Below, piece after piece: positions 41,001 through 47,772 of a DNA stretch of 49,349 nt; position 1 is the first letter of the stretch, and every line of letters begins with the position of its first letter. The DNA is from Nemertoderma westbladi (taxonomy: Eukaryota > Animalia > Xenacoelomorpha). The notes beneath the pieces are model-generated. The model saw nothing but the letters and a program-made list of their open reading frames with translations, was not told the origin of the DNA and did no database searches. Position numbers and translations under genes: made by a program. Where the stretch lies: contig JAUCBJ010003375.1 in the NCBI GenBank assembly GCA_032718475.1, positions 1-49,349 of the forward strand. The letters run 5' to 3'.

Positions 41001-41824
41001 ATAACGTCACATATTATAATTTATGACATGAGTAAATATTGTAATAAAACAGAAGATAAAATACGGTAGGAAATGTAAAAAGGATAATAAAATAAAATAA
41101 ATAAATAAAATAATACAGGACGTATATCACCTATGTTGTATGTATAACAAATGAAATAAAATACTCATCTGTGATGTCGTAAAGGCGATAGCGGTAGAAG
41201 AGTCGGTTGCGCCGAGGATGGAAGCGGCGTTGTCGATTAGGATGGCGATAACGAGAGGCTGAAGGAGGAAGCGGAGAGTCTAGAGATAGACTTTTATCGG
41301 TTTTACTCTACAAAATCAAGGTATTCGGGGACATTCGACGCAATAAAAATTCATCCCTCTCCGGGGGAAATTCATTCGACGCAAATAACAGCTGATTACT
41401 CAAAAAAATAAAACTGTAACTTGTTCTATTGACTTTAGTTTATTGTTTTGGTTAGAATAACGTGTCACTGTAACCTGCTCCTTTCCCTAAATTTTGAATT
41501 TAACATTGAGGCGGGATATTAATTCGTCGATAAAGAATTTGCGTCCCGTTTCCCCTCCTGTCTCACAAAATTAATGATGAAGAAAATATCATTAAAATTC
41601 TGTATTGCATTAATACCATATTATTTATCTATAAGTCAATATATTATTATTTAAGGTTTTCCTCTGCGGGAAAAAAGCGGGTAAGCCTCTTTCTCAGAAC
41701 CACAACCGCGCTGTGATGCCGTGTCGTCCATGCCGCGTGTACGATGTCGCTCTAGTTGCCTTATCCAAAGAAGCCGGCCAAAGAGACTCTCAACAGTCTA
41801 ATGTTCTTACAATCAATACACCAG
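1909..41824 (+). CDS. Multi-exon gene (partial, 17 exons found) encoding an uncharacterised multi-FN3-domain protein, ~1050 aa within the window
   Basis: Exons are 1909-2059, 2514-2768, 3102-3235, 8155-8311, 8665-8859, 9075-9258, 9673-9833, 14251-14410, 16996-17169, 17379-17664, 23719-23947, 24882-25039, 30482-30662, 38255-38427, 38795-38980, 40633-40840 and 41656-41824. All have AG/GT boundaries and matching phases. The FN3 signature recurs (PP..P..l....W..P....gY.v...G....L.p...Y.v.v.A). Confidence 0.85.
2092..2214 (+). mobile_element. Truncated, internally deleted copy of the same SINE
   Basis: gggccagggcagttttcgtttcggcacgaatg matches the SINE body; ends ccgaagaaaa. Confidence 0.7.
2514..2768 (+). 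CDS. FN3 gene exon 2
   Basis: ttag|VDDD...GPPCAPRP...VQWPE...[11 protein letters not shown]...[11 protein letters not shown]|gtaagt. Confidence 0.88.
3102..3235 (+). CDS. FN3 gene exon 3
   Basis: atag|[15 protein letters not shown]...PEAPPQP...FIL ag|gtaagt; ends in phase 2. Confidence 0.88.
3614..4366. repeat. 46-bp minisatellite, ~16 copies
   Basis: Unit AAAACTATTTAGAACATT(T/G)TTCCAGACATGTTTAGATCAGTTCTCC. Confidence 0.97.
4553..4996. repeat. 17-bp minisatellite, ~26 copies
   Basis: Unit CATGGGTAGTCCGTAGA. Confidence 0.97.
5083..5378. repeat. 6/12-bp microsatellite
   Basis: (ACATACAAACAT)n. Confidence 0.95.
5825..6667 (+). CDS. NIT2: Omega-amidase NIT2 (nitrilase superfamily); intronless CDS nested in an FN3 gene intron
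   Basis: 280-aa ORF with the Glu-Lys-Cys triad motifs [25 protein letters not shown] and GICYD.RF, plus RAADNQ.YV and YGHSM. Confidence 0.93.
   Translation: MNTFRLALIQLKTGANKQLNVKRALEFVRQAAANGSSLVALPECFNCPYGNQYFPDYAEPIPDGETARSLSDTARELGIHLIGGSIPERDADGKLYNTCTVWSPDGALLVKHRKIHLFDIDIPGKIRFQESETLSPGKHFSTFDTPHCRIGIGICYDVRFAELAMVYADLDCRLLVYPGAFSAATGPVSWELLGRARAADNQLYVAMPAPATDTEASYESYGHSMVAGPDGAVVAGCQGDETVVYADIDLGEVDRYRESVPVRKQKRFELYSQVKPISRY
6815..7250. mobile_element. MITE-like element with ~40-bp terminal inverted repeats
   Basis: aaatatttggctcaaatcggtttcagtacacccaccttgg (6815-6854) versus its near reverse complement at 7212-7250. Confidence 0.7.
8155..8311 (+). CDS. FN3 gene exon 4
   Basis: ttttctcacag|a WRSP...[10 protein letters not shown]...[17 protein letters not shown]|gtgcga; phase matches exon 3. 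Confidence 0.88.
8665..8859 (+). CDS. FN3 gene exon 5
   Basis: acag|THVGD...[24 protein letters not shown]...NVI|gtaagt; the acceptor is less certain than the others. Confidence 0.75.
9075..9258 (+). CDS. FN3 gene exon 6
   Basis: ttcccag|[12 protein letters not shown]...AIG g|gtaaat. Confidence 0.85.
9673..9833 (+). CDS. FN3 gene exon 7
   Basis: ttgcag|..REFRCK...VMPPRNIK...AKVTWD...VAPE|gtgagt. Confidence 0.85.
9788..10190 (+). repeat. 58-bp tandem repeat x7 spanning the exon 7 end and its donor
   Basis: Unit GTGGGACACCACAGGCCGTGTTGGCCAGCACTATGTGGCACCAGAG|GTGAGTACATAA. Confidence 0.95.
10310..10590 (-). mobile_element. RTE-clade LINE 3' end fragment
   Basis: Hand translation of the minus strand gives [38 protein letters not shown]...MGDRELWRR, typical of an RTE ORF C-terminus. 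Confidence 0.7.
10640..11835 (+). mobile_element. 5'-truncated non-LTR retrotransposon RT remnant (CR1/L2-group-like)
   Basis: [25 protein letters not shown] and RYADDI, with stops and frameshifts; downstream ORF 11167-11835 contains P.ALYG. Confidence 0.85.
11954..14028. repeat. 34-bp minisatellite, ~61 copies
   Basis: Unit TGTTGCTCTGTGCCTCTATGGTATTTTTACTTAG. Confidence 0.97.
14251..14410 (+). CDS. FN3 gene exon 8
   Basis: ttccag|VYEVTWWP...[18 protein letters not shown]...TK g|gttagc. Confidence 0.85.
14386..16893 (+). repeat. 31-bp minisatellite, ~80 copies, spanning the exon 8 end and its donor
   Basis: Unit AGCA(A/G)TCACATACTTACACTAAA(G/T)|GTTAGCA. Confidence 0.97.
16996..17169 (+). 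CDS. FN3 gene exon 9
   Basis: tttag|..[25 protein letters not shown]..|gtaagt. Confidence 0.88.
17379..17664 (+). CDS. FN3 gene exon 10
   Basis: ttttag|..CRLTAVP...[19 protein letters not shown]...PSKL ag|gtttgt. Confidence 0.85.
18054..18500 (-). CDS. Small predicted type I single-pass membrane protein (148 aa), no family recognised
   Basis: ATG at 18500; signal-like N-terminus [20 protein letters not shown]; TM segment [24 protein letters not shown] followed by basic RQPR; GC-rich island in AT-rich intron. Confidence 0.65.
   Translation of the reverse strand: MARIITVTTLYVTVFCVACADISLQSVVPDDNVNEERAIDELANFHDGTREPVIEAKSRGENVWHSLGSRSRDTGRVQGATGAGWEWIAITVGCAMGGLLIALVVGYIVYRQPRSQERKSIINRKSSENEETGMSNNGYTEDKSDITD
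18765..20260. repeat. 21-bp minisatellite, ~70 copies
   Basis: Unit CAAGATACTAAGTTGTGC(G/T)CA; a stray copy at ~20458-20481. Confidence 0.97.
20300..20400 (-). mobile_element. tRNA-derived fragment (SINE head or tRNA pseudogene)
   Basis: Minus strand TGGTAGCTCAGT ... GGGTTCGAGCCCC followed by T5; no clean cloverleaf. Confidence 0.45.
21465..21970. repeat. 25-bp minisatellite, ~20 copies
   Basis: Unit ACAACATGCTGATAGGAGGCGTGTG. Confidence 0.97.
23719..23947 (+). CDS. FN3 gene exon 11
   Basis: tttcag|..[13 protein letters not shown]...[19 protein letters not shown]|gttaga. Confidence 0.88.
24882..25039 (+). CDS. FN3 gene exon 12
   Basis: tatag|QPTQ...[20 protein letters not shown]...|gtgagt. 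Confidence 0.85.
25105..26916. repeat. 41-bp minisatellite (with a 44-bp variant), ~44 copies
   Basis: Unit CAGTAGTTCAGACACCAAC(AAC)TCTAATCTGTATGTCAGTAACT. Confidence 0.97.
26976..27257 (-). repeat. 3' LTR (TG...CA, ~282 bp), preceded by polypurine tract
   Basis: Minus strand reads AAAGGGGGAGA|TGAGAG...ACATAGCA; its terminal ~43 bp recur at 28433-28475 next to the PBS. Confidence 0.8.
27319..27885 (-). pseudogene. Gypsy integrase C-terminal part
   Basis: MKALVKK...[26 protein letters not shown]...VRLQ...WDRTG...RNRRYLR. Confidence 0.85.
28485..30186 (+). pseudogene. Gypsy pol fragment (RT, RNase H, integrase Zn-finger start), disrupted
   Basis: Motifs [44 protein letters not shown] and LHASHQG. 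Stop at 29373-29375 and a 7-bp duplication (caccgtc, ~29395-29410) that shifts the frame. Confidence 0.9.
30482..30662 (+). CDS. FN3 gene exon 13
   Basis: cttttag|..[11 protein letters not shown]...[14 protein letters not shown]...TQ|gtgaga. Confidence 0.85.
30899..37378. repeat. 29-bp satellite, ~6.5 kb, with higher-order structure
   Basis: Unit GCTGCAGCGG(A/C)TCTGGAATGTTACACCGT. Confidence 0.98.
38255..38427 (+). CDS. FN3 gene exon 14
   Basis: tttag|VHRQSITE...[13 protein letters not shown]...KPIPS aa|gtgagt. Confidence 0.8.
38795..38980 (+). CDS. FN3 gene exon 15
   Basis: ttttatctag|..GSLRTNWVI...REFKITWS...|gttagt; phases match both neighbours. Confidence 0.8.
39144..39426 (-). mobile_element. 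tRNA-derived SINE, full-length copy
   Basis: Minus strand A box TGGTGTAGTGG, B box GGTTCGAACC and (TTTAC)n-like tail; homologous copy at 46388-46665. Confidence 0.8.
39481..40379. mobile_element. Non-autonomous DNA transposon-like element
   Basis: Inverted ends (G)n-TAGCACCCCC ... GGGGGTGCTA-(C)n with a noncoding interior. Confidence 0.55.
40633..40840 (+). CDS. FN3 gene exon 16
   Basis: tttag|..GVYNVHIE...PSPPDPP...FSIEWGQP...VKGYQ|gtactt. Confidence 0.88.
41656..41824 (+). CDS. FN3 gene exon 17
   Basis: tttaag|VFLCGKK...[13 protein letters not shown]...SNVLTINTP g|gtgagt. Confidence 0.85.
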
Positions 41825-43885
41825 GTGAGTGAGAGTGACTCAACGTCTCACAACGTCAACTGGGTGACACAATCACAGGTGAGTGAATGAGTCTCACAAC
41901 AACAACTGGGTGACACAATGACAGGTGAGTGAATGAGTCTCACAACGTCAACTGGGTGACACAATCGCAGGTGAGTGAATGAGTCTCACAACAACAACTG
42001 GGTGACACAAAGACAGGTGAGTGAATGAGTCTCACAGCGACAACTGGGTGATACAATGACAGGTGAGTGAATGAGTCTCACAACAACAACTGGGTGACAC
42101 AAAGACAGGTGAGTGAATGAGTCTCACAGCGACAACTGGGTGATACAATGACAGGTGAGTGAATGAGTCTCACAACAACAACTGGGTGACACAAAGACAG
42201 GTGAGTGAATGAGTCTCACAACAACAACTGGGTGACACAATCACAGATGAGTGAATGAGTCTCACAGCGACAACCGGGTGATACAATGACAGGTGAGTGA
42301 ATGAGTCTCACAGCGACAACTGGGTGACACAAAGACAGGTGAGTGAATGAGTCTCACAACAACAACTGGGTGACACAATCACAGATGAGTGAATGAGTCT
42401 CACAGCGACAACTGGGTGATACAATGACAGGTGAGTGAATGAGTCTCACAGCGACAACTGGGTGACACAATGACAGGTGAGTGAATGAGTCTCACAGCGA
42501 CAACTGGGTGACACAATGACAGGTGAGTGAATGAGTCTCACAGCGACAACTGGGTGACACAATGACAGGTGAGTGAATGAGTCTCACAGCGACAACTGGG
42601 TGACACAATGACAGGTGAGTGAATGAGTCTCACAACAACAACTGGGTGACACAAAGACAGGTGAGTGAATGAGTCTCACAGCGACAACTGGGTGATACAA
42701 TGACAGGTGAGTGAATGAGTCTCACAACAACAACTGGGTGACACAAAGACAGGTGAGTGAATGAGTCTCACAACAACAACTGGGTGACACAATCACAGAT
42801 GAGTGAATGAGTCTCACAGCGACAACCGGGTGATACAATGACAGGTGAGTGAATGAGTCTCACAGCGACAACTGGGTGACACAAAGACAGGTGAGTGAAT
42901 GAGTCTCACAACAACAACTGGGTGACACAATCACAGATGAGTGAATGAGTCTCACAGCGACAACTGGGTGATACAATGACAGGTGAGTGAATGAGTCTCA
43001 CAGCGACAACTGGGTGACACAATGACAGGTGAGTGAATGAGTCTCACAGCGACAACTGGGTGACACAATGACAGGTGAGTGAATGAGTCTCACAGCGACA
43101 ACTGGGTGACACAATGACAGGTGAGTGAATGAGTCTCACAGCGACAACTGGGTGACACAATGACAGGTGAGTGAATGAGTCTCACAACAACATCTGGGTG
43201 ACACGATGACAGGTGAGTGACTGAGTCTCACAACAACAACTGGGTGACACAATGACAGGTGAGTGAATGAGTCTCACAACAACAACTGGGTGACACAATG
43301 ACAGGTGAGTGAATGAGTCTCACAGCGACAACTGGGTGACACAAGGACAGGTGAGTGAATGAGTCTCACAGCGACAACTGGGTGACACAATGACAGGTGA
43401 GTGAATGAGTCTCACAGCGACAACTGGCTGACACAATGACAGGTGAGTGACTGAGTCTCACAACGACAACTGGGTGACACAATGACAGGTGAGTGAATGA
43501 GTCTCACACGACAACTGGGTGACACAAAGAGTCTCACCGACAACTGGTGACACAATGACAGGTGAGTGAATGAGTCTCACAGCGACAACTGGGTGACACA
43601 ATGACAGGTGAGTGAATGAGTCTCACAGTGACAATTTGATGGCACAATGACAGGTGAGTGACCGAGTCTCATCACAGCGACAACTGGGTGACACAATGAC
43701 AGGTGAGTGAATGAGTCTCACAACAACAACTGGGTGACGCAATGACAGGTGAGTGAATGAGTCTCACAACAACAACTGAGTGACACAATGACAGGTGAGT
43801 GAATGAGTCTCACAGCGACAACTGGTTGATACAAAGAGTCTCACAGCGACAACTGGCTGACACAATGACACAAGGTGAATGACTG
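41822..43885 (+). repeat. 46-bp minisatellite, ~44 copies, beginning at the exon 17 donor
   Basis: Unit CAG|GTGAGTGAATGAGTCTCACA(A/G)C(A/G)ACAACTGGGTGACACAATGA. Confidence 0.97.
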
Positions 43886-44489
43886 ATGCTGGTTTCAATC
43901 AAAACAAATTATTTCAAATTATAAATATAACAACATATTTTTACAATTTAATGTATTATGCATGTGTGCATCAATTAAATTGCAATCTTTAATAGCAATT
44001 ATCCCCCCCCCCCCCTCCCCCCGCGCGTAGGCGTAATGTAATTTATTGTTTTAACAATATAAGTCGCTTAATGTATCAATTTCAATTGTATTTACAAACT
44101 AATTAACATAAAATATATACTAAAAATAAATTTGTCACTTTTTCCATAAGGCAAGGCCACCTTTAATCAATTATTATATATTTATTAAAAAGTAAGCGGA
44201 TTAAAGCGATATTGATATTTAATGTTTGATTTGGTTTGATTTGATTTGAATTGACTAGATTCACACTAGGACCACGTCAAAATTCCGATGTAAGAAAAAA
44301 ATTGATTAAGATAATGTTCATAATTTATATTCACAATTTCTAGAACATGGCTTAATTATGTTTAATGTGTTTATAAATGTTTGTCTTTTCGATTTTTATA
44401 TTGGTTGTTTTGATTAAAATGGCCTGCTTATTCATCGTCAAGTACAAATGAAATTGTTTAAGTATATTGGCCAGAGGCGGAAGTTGTGT

Positions 44490-45731
44490 CTAACCCACAA
44501 TAGTGAGTGGTTCGGGTACAGGGGATGTGGGTACCATAGGTACCACACAGTTATCTTCGCACGACGAAACAACCTCTTCCTCTGACGTCGTCGATTTATT
44601 ATCGCTGGATGAGGTGGACTGGCTATCAGCGGTGTCCCCATCGGCATCCAGATAGGCCCACCCGACCAGTCTGCCCGCGTCCACACTCAACGGCCTTCCC
44701 TCGCGGTAACTCCGCTCACACAGAGCCGCCAGATAGGTGGCCCGTAGCGTATCGGAGGCGCGAACCTCGACCTGCTCCAACCCCCGCACAACCCGCGCCA
44801 AGTGACTCAACTCCTCCGCGTACGCCGCCTTGTAGCGCTCGTTGAACGAGTGTAGATGTCGCGGGGCCTGGCTCCCGTTGCTCGCGTAGCAACGAGTGCT
44901 AACCGCTTGTTGATTCTCCATGGTAACCATCCCGTCGACGCCGAACACCTCCACCCGCTGGTCGTACCCGTAACTCGAGTGGCGACTCAGATCCGTCGAC
45001 GTGATGACGCCCCCTTTCGGTGCGTCCCCGAACTGCATGGTGATCGCGATGGTGTCGACGTCGCCCATCTCAGCTACTCTGTCGTCATGGCAACTAGCGA
45101 CAGCGTACACGCTGCGCGGTGCGTCTCCTAGCAACCAGCAGCACACATCGATGCAGTGGATGGCACAGTCGTGGAACATACCGCCCGACTGTCGTAGGAA
45201 CTGTAACGGCGGGAATGGGCTGTCCCGATTCACAGTCTTAATCCGATGGAGTCGTCCCACCGACGGAAGTTCCTTCTTCAACGCACGCAAGCTGGGGTCG
45301 AACCTTCTGTTGAAGGCGCACAGCAATCTGGCGTTGTTTTTCTGGGACAGTATGTAGCAAGCCTCCACCCCCTCGATGTCCTGGGATATAGGTTTCTCGC
45401 ATAGTACGTGTATTCCTCGAGAGAGAGCCGCTTGTATGATACCGTAGTGCGTGCCCGTAGGAGAGGCCACTATTATGGCCTCGAGTCTGGGGTCGCCCAG
45501 TACGCGGTCCCCGGCCTGGTTGAGAGAGACCACCTGGACGTGAGAGGCGTGCTGAGCGGATAAAAAGGATTCCGCGAGTTGGACGTCCAACTCTACGATG
45601 TATAGGAGATGCAGGTCCTTGTTGGCGATTATGTTTCGTGCGTGAATGGATCCCATACGACCCATCCCGTACAACGCGACACGCACGGGTTCCATTGCAG
45701 AGGTCTTCAGTCGCTTGTGTACGTGACACAT
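44490..45731 (-). CDS. Gfo/Idh/MocA oxidoreductase, myo-inositol 2-dehydrogenase (IolG)-like; intronless CDS
   Basis: Rossmann motif GMGRMG, plus ASPT..H, CEKP, FNRRFDP, SGGMFHDCAIH.ID and YGYDQRVEVFG..G; the start could instead be the second Met (MEPVRV). Confidence 0.9.
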   Translation of the reverse strand: MCHVHKRLKTSAMEPVRVALYGMGRMGSIHARNIIANKDLHLLYIVELDVQLAESFLSAQHASHVQVVSLNQAGDRVLGDPRLEAIIVASPTGTHYGIIQAALSRGIHVLCEKPISQDIEGVEACYILSQKNNARLLCAFNRRFDPSLRALKKELPSVGRLHRIKTVNRDSPFPPLQFLRQSGGMFHDCAIHCIDVCCWLLGDAPRSVYAVASCHDDRVAEMGDVDTIAITMQFGDAPKGGVITSTDLSRHSSYGYDQRVEVFGVDGMVTMENQQAVSTRCYASNGSQAPRHLHSFNERYKAAYAEELSHLARVVRGLEQVEVRASDTLRATYLAALCERSYREGRPLSVDAGRLVGWAYLDADGDTADSQSTSSSDNKSTTSEEEVVSSCEDNCVVPMVPTSPVPEPLTIVG

Positions 45732-46387
45732 AGTTTTTATTTGGATAGAAAGTTAGTGTATCTCTTCACAAACCTGCTATTATTTTGGAGAAATAATTCA
45801 ATGAAAAAACTTTATTTAAAAACGTATAATATTTTGAATGCCAAAACCAAAGCATTGTCATATAAGAGTAAGATATTGTCACATGTCCATCGCCCCACCA
45901 CCCAATCCCTTTCCCCTACCCCTACATACCTACCCGCTCGCCCGCGCCCTCACCAGCCATCCATTCTTCACTCCTAGCCATAATAAAAAGAGAGGATACT
46001 TATTTCTACCTGGAACCGGTTCGCATTACGTACAATTGTTGAGAGGGGCTGGTATTGGTTGATGCCGGGGTGTTGTGGGGCTGGCATTGGTTGATGCCGG
46101 GGTGTGTGGTTGTTAGTAAAACGATTGCATCATGTTACTAAGGAACAACATGTGAGAATTGTATCAATTTGTATCAATTAATGGAGAAAGGGCTACGACC
46201 GAGTTGGCATTCTTCCATGTATCCGATTACGCCACGCTTGAACCGCCATTTATTGAGTAAAATCAGTTGGGTAAATATTAAGTTAAAACAAATCGTTACG
46301 GGCGGTAACGATTTTTAAGGGAATAATTAAATGTTTTGAGGAATCGAATTTAATTTGATTTAGGTAATAACTATTTACATACTTGTG

Positions 46388-46665
46388 AAAGTAAAAGTAA
46401 AGTAAATTTTCTTCGGCCACTAGGCCAGGGATTACGCACAAAGTAACGACTTATTTCCAGTGCGGTCCCCCTAGAACTTTACTCCCCAGAGGAAACTCCA
46501 GTACTCATTTAGCTACCACTTAAGGATGCAAGGCAGAGATTCGCCCTGGCTGGTCCCTTTAAACCATTCGTGCCGAAACGAAAACTGCCCTGGCCCATGT
46601 GAGGATCGAACCCACGACCTACGGGAGATGTGAATTCAATGCAACCACTACACCAAGGTGGAACC
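46388..46665 (-). mobile_element. tRNA-derived SINE, same family
   Basis: Colinear with 39144-39426; A box and B box GGTTCGATCC. Confidence 0.8.
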
Positions 46666-46679
46666 TATTACTACTATGT

Positions 46680-47295
46680 GTGTAAAATAGCACTTTACAG
46701 TGTGATGATCCGAGTGGCTTTGTTACACGAACGAACGTTAGTGAGTGAGTGAAAATGAAGCCACAGGGATCAGAACACTGTAAAGTACTTTGCAACAAGT
46801 ATGTATGTAGTTGTATTCCAAAATTTTAACATTACGAAATGATTGCACATACATTATATGTGATAGAAACTGCACAAATTATATTAGTTTCTGTATAAAT
46901 AAATGTAAAAATGACATAAATTATGTTATAAATAAGTTAGCTTATATTTATGGTGGCGTTTGGAGCCATGTTATATAATATAGCTATGCCCTTCTGGTTA
47001 TTAATAGCTATACCCCGCCTACCGGTAGGTAATGCAGTAGGCCTATCTGGCTGTCAGGCAAATTTCCACCTATTGTTTACGTGGTAACCATGACGACGTT
47101 AAGTAATGTCCCCTTAGTGGACATTACTTAACGCCGTCATGGGTTACCACGTAAACAATAACACCAAATACAATATATACAGGATGTACAGGCCAATACA
47201 ATAATGCTGTAATGTCCTCTAAAGTTGTAAAGTGAAAAATAACAACTCGCTGTTAATACTAACGGCGTTCAGTAATGTTACAATTTTGGAATAAA
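46680..47295. mobile_element. Multi-palindrome non-autonomous element
   Basis: Hairpin ~46690-46790; 22-bp inverted repeat at 46814-46835 / 47272-47293; central hairpin 47071-47160. Confidence 0.55.
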
Positions 47296-47442
47296 AAGAT
47301 ACAATCAATTTTAGATTATTTTTCATCATACCCAAAATTTTACTGAGGTTTCAAATGTGTATGAGGTAACCAAAATTGAGTGCAGTACAAAATTTTATCA
47401 TGAATTCCTATCTATGTAGGGGTTAGTGGACGCTGATGGTGT

Positions 47443-47772
47443 TTATTTATTATATTTATTTTTATTATTTTTATTATTTTAATATTTATTATTTTAATTT
47501 ATTATTTTAATATTTATTATTTTAATATTTATTATTTTAATATTAATTATTTTAATATTTATTATTTTAATATTTTATTATTTTAATATTTACTATTTTA
47601 ATATTTATTATTTTAATATTTATTATTTTAATATTTATTATTTTAATATTTATTATTTTATTATTTATTATTTTAATATTTATTATTTTAATATTTATTA
47701 TTTTAATATTTATGATTTTAATATTTATTATTTTAATATTTATTATTTTCTTTCTATTATTTATTATTTAAA
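47443..47772. repeat. AT-only ~18-bp repeat
   Basis: (TATTTTAATATTTATTAT)n. Confidence 0.9.

Noticed and set aside
1-43885. CRISPR-like appearance of the 29-46-bp repeats
   Set aside because: The units are head-to-tail with no unique spacers, no cas genes are present, and the context is a spliced eukaryotic gene.
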